From NCBI GenBank assembly GCA_973895155.1, contig OZ316897.1:124001-188000 (forward strand): 64,000 nucleotides of DNA, written 5' to 3'. Shown one piece after another: positions 24,600-36,449 of this stretch (positions are counted from its first letter, which is position 1; every line of letters begins with the position of its first letter). A program made the position numbers and the translations under genes. A model generated the notes under the pieces. The model saw nothing but the letters and a program-made list of their open reading frames with translations, did not search any database and had not been told where the DNA came from. Source of the DNA: Marsupella aquatica (lineage: Eukaryota > Plantae > Marchantiophyta).

Positions 24600-25813
24600 T
24601 TGTTAGCTCATTAAATTAACTGTTGAACCACCATCCAATAATACCTTTTTAATCTTGGTTCCTTTTATATTTAACTGTACCATTGCTCCCTTATCAGCTA
24701 ATATTGTCTTTTTCAACTTATAAGTTGGTGTTCGTGGTAATTAGTGCTGACTATCTTCTTCATTTCTTGTTGTAGTTGTCCTTTCCCTTACCTCACTGGT
24801 ATTTGGTACTGCTGTCTCTTGTGCTCCCTCACTCAGTTTCTTGAACACTGCTTCTCTGCATTGTGGAGCTATACATAACAATTCTTCAAGAGTTAATTTG
24901 ACTTTAGCCTTTGAAATAACCTCTACCAATTTCTTCATTATCTCTTGTTTACTTTTTGCTCTGATTTGTTCAGTTCTCAATGGTTCTTCCCTAAACCCTA
25001 AACCTACTCTAAAATTTCAGCTCCATCTTCTATTCTATCATCCAAACCCATTAATCTTTCTGGTCTTGGCAGCAATTCACTTTGTTGATGTTGTCGGATT
25101 TGTTCTGCCGTGTCTCGTGTCGGAGCGTCCAATTGTTCCCAACTGGTACTCGGTACTCCACTCATGGACGGTAGAGCTACCACGATTGATGGCTCTACCT
25201 GTTGTGACCTAGTCACTATATTCACATCCATTGTCTGAATTCTTACATGATTATCTGGTGCTTTAGTTTGTGCTTCGGTTCTTTCTTTATTATGTTGCAC
25301 CCATAATTCACACTTAGCCCCTCTTATATGTCCGGGCTTCCCACAATAATAGCAAGTAAGGGGAGGTCTTTCTCCCTCTTCCCTGAAGTTCCTCTTATTT
25401 GAATATTGTCTGTCAGGATTATAATAACTTTGATTCTTTTCTATTCTTTCAATGTCTCGTGCCCCTTGTTCAACTGCATTTACTGTCACGTTACCCCCTT
25501 TCTTATATGGATTCTGAAAACATTATTGGGTAGTATGTCCTGCTCTCATGTGAATCTCGCAGAATTTCCTTCCTTTATACTCCCTTCTTTCACCACTAGA
25601 ACCCTTTCCTCTCCTAAACCCCCACTACACTACTCCCCAACCCCCTAAACTCAAACTTCCTCAACTCCCTCCACCCCCAACACACAAGTCCCCAACTCCT
25701 TCAACCCAACCCACAACCAAACCTAAAATCCCTAAACCCCCATTACACGACTCCCCAACCCCCTCAACCCAAACTCCCTAAACCCTAAACCCTAAACTCC
25801 CTCAACCCCCAAC
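24600..25813 (-). mobile_element. Ty3/gypsy gag-protease remnant, truncated at unit B; continues at 48948
   Basis: Zinc knuckle CYYCGKPGHIRGAKC (ORF 25004-25489), VKLTLEELLCIAP, and aspartic protease motif KVLLDGGSTVNLMS at ~24605-24650. Confidence 0.8.
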
Positions 25814-27997
25814 TGTTAGATATTGCTCTAGTCTTGTGACTCATGAGCTAACCATAGTTAGTCTAACTCGGGTTAGGACTTAGCTAATGTTAGCGCTAGT
25901 GCTGTTGTGTATTAAGCCAGGGCTGATGCCAGATCCTGGTGAAACTTAGGCTCATTGTTACGAAGCTAGTTGAGAGATAGGGAGATCTTGCGTTATGGAT
26001 GCTTGGTATGGCCGGTCGGCCTAGAGTGCAATAAATCTCTTGTGTGTTCCCATGGACATAGCCTCATGTGGAGGTGAACCACGTATCTCTCTGTGTCAAC
26101 TCTTGTGCGTTGGATGGTTCATGGGCTTGCAGTTGCGAATGTCGTCTATGCTCAACAAGTGGTATCAGAGCATGCCTGGGAGGTGACGAGGTTTTTTCGT
26201 GACAGGTTTTTCCAACGTTCAGTGTCGATGTTACATTTGGAGTTTCGTCGCATGAAACTCGAATGTGACTGTCTGAGCGGATAGGTTAGTGAGAGGGCTT
26301 TCTAATGGTGGTTAGAACTCGCTGATCGGTATCCGTGGTGCAGAGGATTTTGAAGTTTGCATCATTCAGGTTTTATTCGTGTTCGACGGGTTTTCGGGGG
26401 AAAGACCAGAGTTCGCATTTTTCAACGGTGTGAGCTATGCGGTGCGGGAGGTGTCCCATGTTGTAGCTCAAGTTGGAGGTTGAAGCGAGCTGGTCGTTTT
26501 GGTAGCTGATTTGCTGCCGAGTTGTTACCGAGTGCATCGTGACAAGTGAAGGAGGCGTTCAGGTTTTTTCACAAGCTATGGAGCTTGTTCTCATCTGAAC
26601 CGGGTTTCTCTTTGTGACGTCCAACTCAGTGGAAGAAATGCGAAGTGCTACGGCTCAACGGTTTGATCACGGCTAGGCGGTCGTTTTGAGTCTGGGATTG
26701 GCACTTGACGCAGAGTGAAGGCGTCGCGGCGGAATTTTTTTACTCTGCTGGAGCCGCGGATTGTGCCGGTGCAATTCGGCAACATTTCCTATCGGCGGCG
26801 TTCACTTTTCTCATTGGTAATGGCGGCGGCAAGGTGAGTAAACCGGACAATTTGTTTTTGAGCAAAAATTTTGGTTTAAGGGGGTCCTTTAGGGTAAACC
26901 CTAAACCCTAAACCCTAAGCCCCCCGTTACCCCGCTTGTTTTTCCCCCTCCCCCCCCCGCACCCCAATTTTTTTTCCTTTTACGCCTCCCTCCGTAGCGC
27001 CGGCCGGCGCTTATTTAGCTGCTCGTTGGCTGCTACTCCCCACCCCGTTACGCGCCCCCCTTCGCCAGCCTTACAAAGCTGGCCCCCCCTCCCCGTCTCC
27101 CATTCAGCCGGCACACCTCCCTCGTGACCTTGGGCTGCCGGCGCGCGCCCTGCCACCTTTAGCGCCCCTTTTTGCCCTTGCGAACTCCCCCTACAACTAC
27201 CCCGGGCCCAGACTGGGCGCCCGCCTCACTGCTGGCCTCCGCACATGCACTCGCGTACCCCAGCCCTTTGTGTATTCACCCGGCCCTTTGTGTATTCCTC
27301 ATCCTGTATCCATGTACCCTGTCTGGCCCGCCTTGCGTCACGTATGCGCATTTTAAGGAGTATTTATGTTTAAGGGACTTATCACCCCCTTTAAGGGCCT
27401 ATTTTTAACCATTGTTTCCCTCTTTTGGTTCTCCTTGATGACGGGGACCTGCTGCCCTTCGTTTTAACTGCTTGGACAGGGGGAACGGACCCCTGTGAGA
27501 CCTGTCGGATTGTGCAAGAATATTCCCAAAAAATAGAGAGTTGTTTTTTGGCCATCCGACAAAGATTCCGTCCGCCGAACAGTAACTTTTTTGGTTCTTT
27601 TTCGGCGAGGACGTAGCCATTGAAGTTGGCAACGCAGCGCACCAATCACATTGCAATTCCAACGACCGTTTATACTTGGTATTTTGGTTATTCTCTGAGG
27701 TGGTCAAAACGGGGGAGTTTCCCAAGGTTTTACCCACCCTGACCGAAATTTGAAAAAAAATTCCGCCGAATTTTGATTTTGATTGTGGCTTTCAATATTA
27801 GACTCCTAGCTTCGTGGGCTATGCGGCGGTGTTGAGTTTTGAGTTTTATTAGAAGTTTTGAAAAAAGACTTTTTTTGTGATTGTTTCATATGAGTGACTC
27901 GGAGGATATTGGAAGAATTGGCGTCGGTGGAGCTTCAAGATCACAATGATCAGACGGAGAGTCTGAGGAGGAGCTGCTACCGTTTGAGGAAGAACTA

Positions 27998-28377
27998 GTG
28001 TCACCGGTACAATCACCGGTGCGGCGTGCAGTGGAGGAAGTTGTTCTACTACCAGAGTTGTCGGTAGTGGGGAAGAAGAGGGAGATCGCTAGATTTGGAG
28101 GAGTGAAGTTTGAGGTGGAGAAGTACGATGGAGGTACTGATTACTTGTTGTGGGAGAAGCAAGTGAAGGGTGTTCTACGGGCCATGGGCTTAGCTCATCT
28201 GCTCTCTTCGCGAGAGCAGTATGATGGAGAGGAGATCTCAAAGAAGCAGTGGAGACAGGAGCAGGTGATTGCTATTAATGCAGTGATACTTTATCTGAAG
28301 CCGCACATCATCAAGAAGTTGGATGATTATGCGGATTGCGCGTCACTGTTCAAGGCTCTAAGAGAGAAGTACTACAT
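27998..28377 (+). pseudogene. Copia gag, 5' part (continues 40762-40926 and from 44753)
   Basis: KFEVEKYDGGTDYLLWEKQVKGVL. Removing both insertions restores EKYYIYREDASDRLYKK and EDKALLWLSSLPPSY in frame. Confidence 0.9.
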
Positions 28378-28830
28378 CACAGTATTCATTAAAACTGGAA
28401 ATTTAAAAGTCTAGATTGTGATCCTCAAATTTACATTCTTGTCTCTAAAAAGTCCATTAATTTTGCTCCAAATAAACAATTTTTCAAGACTAAATATACA
28501 CTCTTTTTGGTTTAAAATTACACTTTTGCACTCCAAATTTGATTTTAATCAATTAATCATAATACAGAAAATATTAATATTAATTGTATTTGAAATTAAA
28601 TAGATAAGTGACAAACATGTATCATTTGGTCAAAAACTCATGATTAAATTCAAAGTGAGATTAATCATCTCATTTATCATAACATATATTCAAGGTTGGC
28701 TAGCCATAATGTCGATCCTACTCCAATGGTCAAGCTAGTGTAAAGTCCAAAGTAGTTCTATGACCTGTGAAATAGAAAAATGATTGCATGACTCCAATCT
28801 TGTGTCCTACAATGTACAGAAACATAATGA

Positions 28831-29883
28831 TTAATCATCTAAAATTTCAAATTCTATGCCTCCATGAATATGTCTACATGACTGATTTGAACAAGTGAGT
28901 CGCTCTCCATTTGGGTCATATAGTCTGTCACGAGTGCAAGTGTCTTTGGGATAACGGTTTTTAAACTTAGAGGTGAGATCCCTAGTCTTTAGAACTTCCC
29001 AAACAAATCGGCGAGGATTTTCTCTGAAGGGACCTGCATAAGACTCGCCCAAACAGTTGTTGACCACATCTTTCATATCATCTTTGGTCAGGTTCTCAAA
29101 TGTAGGGTAGGATTGTACCATATCCCTCACTTCCCAACATATCTCATCTCCAGTGACATCCAAGATGGTATACTCAATCTTGGAACGCCAAATCTTACTT
29201 CCCCACTTATGGGAAAGTAAATCATAGATTGCAGCGTTACTTTCACGGTCATCATTTATATTAACAAATGACCAAAGTGGATTGTTGACAGATATATATT
29301 GTCGGATGTCATAAGCCTTCCACAAGTATCTCTGGTAGAAAAGTGTCACTCTCGGCAATGTGTGAGAAGGGAGTTGGGAACAAACCACTATACTGTGGAT
29401 TTGCAAAAGCCTTCACTGGAGAGTCATCAATAAGTAGAGTGTTTGTATCATCATACTTGTCTCCAAAACGACTCCACACCACACGCAAATCCTTCAACAT
29501 AATATTTGCTTTCCCATCTGCTACGTCCGGTCTTTTTATGCCAGTATCAAAAGCATCTTCTTGTGTGAAAACAAATTTAAATTGCCTCCGCTCCTCTTCT
29601 TTGAAAATCAAATTCATCATTTCATTAGTTCTTGGCCTCCCCGCACAAGTCCACAATGCGACATCAAAACCTTTGAAAGCCACCTCCAAAAATTGGTGCA
29701 ACCCTGGCCTTTCCACGTACATGAAATTGAATCCACCCCGTCTCCCCCAATGCACACCCCGCACAGTTGTTGTAGATCTTAACGGTCCCGAGCTTTTTGT
29801 TTTGACGCAATCCCAACAAATTTTGTTCAGGTCCAAAATCAAGAGTTTTCTTCTTATATCAGAGTGCAATTTAGGAGTGAAAT
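28831..29883 (-). pseudogene. FCP1/NIF-family HAD phosphatase-like domain plus C-terminal extension (frameshifted); probably last exon of the accessory gene
   Basis: KLLILDLN...ERPGLHQFLE...FDVALWT...LKDLRVVW...NTLLIDDSPVKAFANP. Motif I reads DLNK rather than DxDxT. Acceptor CTTTGCAG at ~29884. Confidence 0.85.
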
Positions 29884-30958
29884 CTGCAAAGATCCAAATG
29901 AATCAAAATTATATCTAAAAGATATAAAAGAAGAACTTAGGGTCGAACCTGGATCGACCCGACCTAATGGGGAAAACAAACATATCATTTTTGAATGTCA
30001 AAGCATTTTGATATATCAATGTAGAAGTACCTTGCTCAAATGCTTTGTCTTGGACCAGGGTACCGCTTGCTGAAGGTAGACCAATAATATCCTTCGATGG
30101 AAGAGATGCTATGACAAAACTTTGGTCTGTCCATATATGATTTCCAAACATAATATTTTAGATTATTGTGAAAAATAGAAGAACGAAACCATAATATTAA
30201 CCTCCACTACTAAATGACCCATATTCATCTATCATTTTATCACCTAGATCACTTTGGATATCAGAATTGACGCCAACAGGAAGCTGCTCCACCAACGTTG
30301 GCGGCGCAAACACTGGACTCAATCTCAATTTGTCTATTATGTAATCAGGTTTGACCATTAACTTAGGCGCATCCTCCAACGTTTCTTTCAATCCAACTTT
30401 AGGTCCATTTCTCCAAATGAAATGAGTTGCATGACGGACTGTCTTCATATATCCTGTTCTACCTATCTCAGATCCAGACTTTTGAGACAAGCATAATATT
30501 ATGGGGCTTCCGCTTGACATCCTTGTGAAGACCAATTTATTCCCTGACGAACAAAATTGAGGAGACTCGGACCAAGTTGAAGCACCTGCCTCTTCAGCTT
30601 CAACATTTGTTGTCTCTCCAAGTGGAAGGTTGTCTTCAATCACTTCTGCAATACCAACTTGTAGGTCCGTGGTGGGTGTAGTGGCCCCAATATTCTGCCA
30701 ACCTGCATCCAATGTGCACGATACCTGCGGTCTCTCGGGATGCAATTTTGATACTTCAGGGTTGAGAGGATTTGATGGAGGGTCGCTCTCAGGGCGACCC
30801 GACATCACTATGTCGAGTTGAGGTAGCCCTTCAACACCGTAGGTAGTAATGCCAACCATTTCTGTTGCTCGAGCATCCCAATTTCCGCCAAAATCCTCCT
30901 CTACCATAGGACTTGAACCTCCATCATCATGCTGCAACTCACCATCCTCAAGGTCAAC

Positions 30959-32481
30959 TCACTGAGGGCCCGGTTGGGGGTTGTCCATAGGCCCGCAAAG
31001 AACACTTAGATGAGCTCTACTAGGACCATGTACTCCCATCTGCTCTTTCATAAGGGAGGGAATCCTGTTGCACAAAACCCTTGCATATGCTTGGGTGAAA
31101 TGGTGTTCTTGCAAAGTGTCTGAATAGACAAAACAATCTCGGTATGCCAACAAGGCCATCTTCAAAACCTGCCCTCCTAAAAAAAAATTGAGGACAGTCT
31201 CCCCCTCACCGGAAAAACATTCAATAATATTTTTGAGCATGTGCCGGGGCATGGCATGCGGATTGACAAATCCTCCTCGACTTCCGACCATCTCAAACAT
31301 TGGAGCTTGCCGCAATAAATCTGCTATATCAAATGCGGGAGACTGCTCCTCTGTCTCATTCTCTTTTCCCTTGCTTTTCTCTTGCTTGTCAGCCTTCACT
31401 TCAATATTGAAATCACAGTCAACATCGGGGTGAAAACTAAATTTTGAATTGAACTCTGGCTCAATTGATTCCAATCAAAATTGTCTTCACCTGTAATTCC
31501 AGCAAAAATAACCTGCTCAATAGCTCCTGTAAAAATTAAGCCCTGCGGATTTGGGCGATCTTCCCGATCATAACTCCCGTATTCAACATGGATGGCCAAA
31601 TGCTTTTCATGTCCTAATTTCCTTAGGGCACTTAAGATGTTGGCTGGAAGTGGCCCTGGATGAGTAGTCATGACAACTACAATGGTTGTATTCCTTGGCA
31701 ACTCCACAATATATTGGAGCAATACAAAAATTTCTGAATCTGTCCATTCATGTTGTCGTGCCCTACTAAAATCAACAATTGCAAGTGGACACATTGGCGT
31801 CGCCTCTTCCAATAACTCTGGCATGGTTGTCTTCATTAGATTCTCACTGAAGAACGTCAAGAAAGGCTCTATTCGTGTGCGCCCAACTCCACCAAATTGT
31901 TTGCAGTACAACCCGTCTAATCTCACCATTAGACTTTGAGGGAAAGCCTCCTTCACAATGTTCTTCCTTAATAAACTGCTAAGGTAGACCTCCCTAGCTG
32001 CTCTTCGCAAATTTGTCAACTCAAGTTGAGATCCCAAGGCCGGCATGATGTTGACCACCGAAGCCCACGATGTCCCCCTGGGAAACTTCTCCTTGTGCTT
32101 CTCAACAAAGTACTCAACAATGACTTGCTTCAATTTAGTCATTACCTTGATGGTATGAGCCATATCTGGCATTGACACCAGATCCATCTTGTTGGAGGCA
32201 TCTTTCTTGAGAAGTGCTTTCTTCTCATAAACCGCGGTCAATATATCAATGATATCCTTAGAACTGATCTCCCCTTCAAAACATCTAAAAAGAGTTGGCG
32301 TGACCAACTTTAGTGGCCGCGGCCCACCATACTCTCCTGCCCCGCCAGGGAGCTTCCCTGCCAACCAATCCCAACAAACAGTTTGCCATAAATGGAAAAG
32401 CTTATCCTCAGCAAAGAGCAACCAAAAAATGGCTTTCAAGCTCGACTTTCCCATTGTTATCTTTGCGAGGGCAAACCAATC
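30959..32481 (-). pseudogene. Degenerate beta-class N4/N6 DNA methyltransferase-like domain preceded by a helical region
   Basis: Motif order matches the beta class: LAIVDFSR (motif IV position, DPPY lost), EQVIFA, then VNPHAMPRHMLKNIIECFSGEGETVLNFFLGG...ALLAYRDCF (motifs X-I-II). One frameshift near 31470. Confidence 0.6.
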
Positions 32482-32695
32482 CTGCATTTACATTCATCCA
32501 CCAAAAAACATGTTAGATGTTTAAACTTAGAAACTTCAACTTCTCTGCCTCGCCCCTAGAGCGAGGCGAAGAAAATGACAAAGCCATATGAAAATGGTTG
32601 GGGCAATCATTGTATTCATCGTTCAATTTCGTTTGGGTCGCTCCAAGAGCGAGGCAAAATTAAACTACAGTTCCAACTAATGAAAATGTTTACCT

Positions 32696-34812
32696 GAGTG
32701 GTATTTCTGGTTGTCTGTACTTTGGTTTGTTCCAATTCCTGGACGCGGTGGTTTCCCACATTCATCAAATTGCCTTCTCGCATGAACAACTGTCTCTAGA
32801 AAACAAGACTTAAACTGCATGGTCTGATTTACTGCATTTGAAAGGCTCGAGTGCTCGACCAAAATTGCCCTTGGAGTGAGGTCTGATAAGATCCTCGCTT
32901 TCCGATATTGGAGTTTGCTAGCAAGATCAGTTAGCTTGGCATCCTTGTCTGCCCACCCTTGAATCCATTGTGCAGCCTTTGCGGAATGTTGCCCACTGAT
33001 TGCAAGAAATTGTATTTCTTGCTTCTTAACACCAAACAAAAATTGCTTCTGATCGCGTGCGGTATTGTCAAAATGTAACAACTGCTTAGTGCGCTCTAGA
33101 AATGGAATCAAATCTGCAACATGTGATTCCTGGCCAGGGTTTTTTATCATTGATTTTGCTATCTCTAAGGCATGAGCCTGGTTGAACATCCGATACACAA
33201 AAACTGCAGTAGGCGGAAGAATACTTTTAACCGGGATTTCAAAAACCTCCCTGATTCCAAAAGTGTAGTATTGCTCGATGTTCCACAAAGCTTTCTGCCC
33301 CTCCAATACATCTCGTTCCTCTGGTGCATCTGTTGGGCATGTATCATCCTCCGGATCCAAGACCAACCTTGCTTTTGACGCTGACACGGGCTTTGATTTT
33401 CCAATCTTGGCCTTCTTCTTGGGCTTCTTGTCGGAGTCCTTATCTTTCTTCTTCAACGCCGCCTTTTTTCCTCTAGTACTTCCTTCACTCCTTGGCTCTC
33501 TTTGTTTTCTCTTCTTCTGTGTTTCAGCCGGCGTCATTTCTTTGGCCTTCATCTTCATCTTCCCCTTACCTCGATGCTTTTCTTCCTTCTTCTTTTGAGT
33601 TGAAATCCACTTCATGCAAGCATCTTTGTCAAACTCATCAGAGAAAATAAAACTCTTATCAATTGCTTGAATGCTCATATGAAAAGTGTGCTGTTTCAAT
33701 CATCCTCTGGACAACCCATGTGTTAGGAAGATCTATAAGGTCCGGATGATCATGCATGTACCGCTTCACAGAGAGGAATCCAAAGACCACATCAATCCCA
33801 CTCAATTTGAATCTTCCATGCCTCTCAAGAACATCCTCTGCAGTGAACCCATCTGGAAGAAATCCCATTGAACAAATACTAGCCTCCGAGCGTGCTATCC
33901 ACTCCACGTTGATAATTGACGAGTACATCTTGATTGGCAAGTAAAGTCTCATCCACTGAGATCTTTCTCTGGATTCAATAATGATTGTAACATTGCGGTT
34001 ATCATTGCAATTTACAAGGACCACAGGGCCCAACGCAACTATCTTCTTGTCGTTCATTGTCTCAGCAGTGATTGCCTTGATACAAATCATCGACAAGTCA
34101 TTCTCCATGATCCCTACTTCAAGTGCCCACGAAAATCCTGCCTTATCTTGTCCTGGGAAAATAAAGTCCTTGACATCCTCGGCCATAATATTTAACTCTG
34201 GGGATCCAAGTTGTTCTCCTGGCAAAACAAATTGAAATGACAAACATTAAAGCAAGAGATCTTCTGTGTTGCCTCGCCCCTAGAGCAAGCTGGAGACAAG
34301 GTCTGCATCAACAAACACGTGGGTTGGGTCGCTCCTGGAGCGACCCTAGGAAAACTTAAATCAAGGTCCAACCAACAACAAATTTGGGTCGCTCCTGGAG
34401 CGACCCTAGGAAAACTTAAATCAAGGTCCAACCAACAACAAATTTGGGTCGCTCCTGGAGCGACCCTAGGAAAACTTAAATCAAGGTCCAACCAACAACA
34501 AAGTTGGGTCGCTCCTGGAGCGACCCTAGGAAAACTTAAATCAAGGTCCAACCAATAACAACGACAAATCTTAGGCAAGATAGGGTCGCTCTAAGAGCGA
34601 CCCTTCAAAGACTAACTTGCATCAATTGTTGAATCATACTTACGTGGAACTGTGATATGAAATCCCTTTGAGGCGGCCAAAGCGGATTCCACCGACATCT
34701 TTAGTAAAGTGTCTTGAGAATCATACTCAAAGATTTTACTAGAATCAAAGTTCAAGGACTGCCCAGAACTAGAAGTGCTAGTAGAATCATCAGAACTAGA
34801 GGAAGTGGCCAT
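32696..34812 (-). pseudogene. N-terminal exons of the transposon accessory gene: unknown domain, Lys-rich tract, ParB/Srx-like domain
   Basis: EIPVKSILPP...YRMFNQAHALEIAKSM...FLAISGQHSAKA fits the ParB N-terminal pattern (GxHR-like motif). Putative donors at ~34617 and ~32695, acceptors at ~34220 and ~32482; frameshift near 33690. Confidence 0.55.
34326..34604. repeat. 60-bp tandem repeat x4, each with the perfect palindrome GGGTCGCTCC-T-GGAGCGACCC, plus AGGGTCGCTCT-A-AGAGCGACCCT
   Basis: Palindromes start at 34326, 34386, 34446 and 34506; a fifth lies at 34582-34604. Confidence 0.97.
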
Positions 34813-35869
34813 TGAAAAATGCCTCACAAACGTTTAGATGACACGTGACAGCCTAGTATACAAGAACGCCTATAGCTAGACCACACCACGGAGCGAGGCT
34901 ACAGAGCAAGGAAAAAAATCTACTATGAGCAAGGCAAAATCAACAGAGCGAGGCAAGAAAATCTACTATGAGCGAGGCAAGAGGGAGGAGGGAAACCAGG
35001 GCAGCCGGGCAAGAAGACAATGAAGGAGGAGATGGATGCAAGAAGACAATGAGGCAAATGAGGTAATGTCTTTGCCTTTTGCCTTCCTATACCCTCACTG
35101 CCACGGCCAATCCTACCTGCGACCCCAGCCACGGCCGATCGTACGCGACCTTACGCAACCCAGCCACTTGCTCCCTTCCACGCGCCTGTGAACTCGCAAC
35201 CCTCATAATGACCTAGCTGTACGGGTATCCATAGATTCTTGAAAAATGATGCACGGTCGTACGGGTGTCCACAGAATGCCGATCAGAGTAATCAGACTTT
35301 CAGCCTCTTGATGTTGTGAACCCCTTCAGGACAAACTTGGCTAAAGCTTGCTCACAAATGGTATAAAGCTCTACAGTTCCAATCATTTCTCTCTTTTGTA
35401 TGGCGCGTGCGTTTCTGGTCATTGCTCACTCTCGGTCTCGCCCTTCGGCCCTTGTCTATCTTGCTTCTGTTCGGTGACTGATTTGACTGACTTGGACATT
35501 TATGGTTACAAGAGTTCGTGCAAGGAAAGTCCTGTTTCAAGTACATTGCATTAGTTTTGGTGTCCTTGGTTGGCGACATGTCTTCTATAGTCCTTAAGAG
35601 AGGTATTACTTCATCTACCATTCTCTTAATTTCTTCTCTATGATATCCACCAAATATTTGGCCCTAGCTTTATCTTAATATATGGACCTAACTAAGCCCT
35701 AGATAATGTAGGGTTCCTAACGACACACTCGTCTACCCACACGTCTACACACTTCAATGGTCTAATTCAGCTTAATCATTCCCCTGATTTATTCATTTCC
35801 ATATTTTCTCTTTTCCTTCACAATTCTTGCTTCTCCAGGATTGTGCTCGTCTTTTCTTGCTCTCCCCTT

Positions 35870-36270
35870 GCCTCGCTCCAAGAGCGTCATGCCCTTGCCT
35901 CGCTCCAAGAGCGTCATACACTTACCTTTCATCAGGAGCATCCTGCCCTTTCTTTTCTCCAAGGGCATCCGCTCTCCATTGCCTCGCCATCAGAGCGTCC
36001 CTCAACCGCCTCGCCCCTAGAGCGACCCTCCATCGCCTCGCCCCTAGAGCGACCCTCATTCACCTTGCCCCTAGAGCGTCTCTCCATCGCCTTGCCCCTA
36101 GAGCGACCCTCATTCACCTCGCCCCTAGAGCGTCCCTCCATCGCCTCGCCTCTAGAGCGACCCTCCATCGCCTCGCCCCTAGAGCGACCCTCCATCGCCT
36201 CACCCCTAGAGCGTCCCTCAATCGCCTCGCCCCTAGAGCGTCGCAACCTTGCCTCGCTCCAAGAGCGTCC
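35870..36270. repeat. 27-bp tandem repeat, ~15 units, core GCCTCGCCCCTAGAGCG(A/T)CC
   Basis: Regular 27-bp period; the core is the same TCGCYCYWRGAGCGA quasi-palindrome as in the 60-bp array. Confidence 0.95.
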
Positions 36271-36449
36271 CTGACCTTAGAATCCTGTTGTGTAAAGCCA
36301 ATACACATAAACTCCCAAATATTTTTTTCCTTTAAATAGAATTCAAATGTTTAGATCTAAAATTGTAATATCTAGAGTAGTGCTTATCAGTATGCACATT
36401 AGCTGAACAATTTTTAAATGTTTTTGGATGCAGAGATCCTTTCGCTACC

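Noticed and set aside
26880-27745. Homopolymer-rich GC stretch with (AAACCCT)3 in the copia leader, possibly another insertion
   Set aside because: No convincing TIR pair or TSD; may be native leader or lower-quality sequence. Short telobox-like motifs are common in plant DNA.
34192-34578. Repetitive ORFs on both strands and a CRISPR-like look (palindromic repeats at regular spacing)
   Set aside because: The spacers are identical, so this is a 60-bp tandem repeat. There are no cas genes and the ORFs are by-products of the repeat.
35827-36339. Four overlapping repetitive ORFs (LAPRA, SPLERPS, GRSRGEA)
   Set aside because: Artefacts of the stop-free 27-bp tandem repeat.
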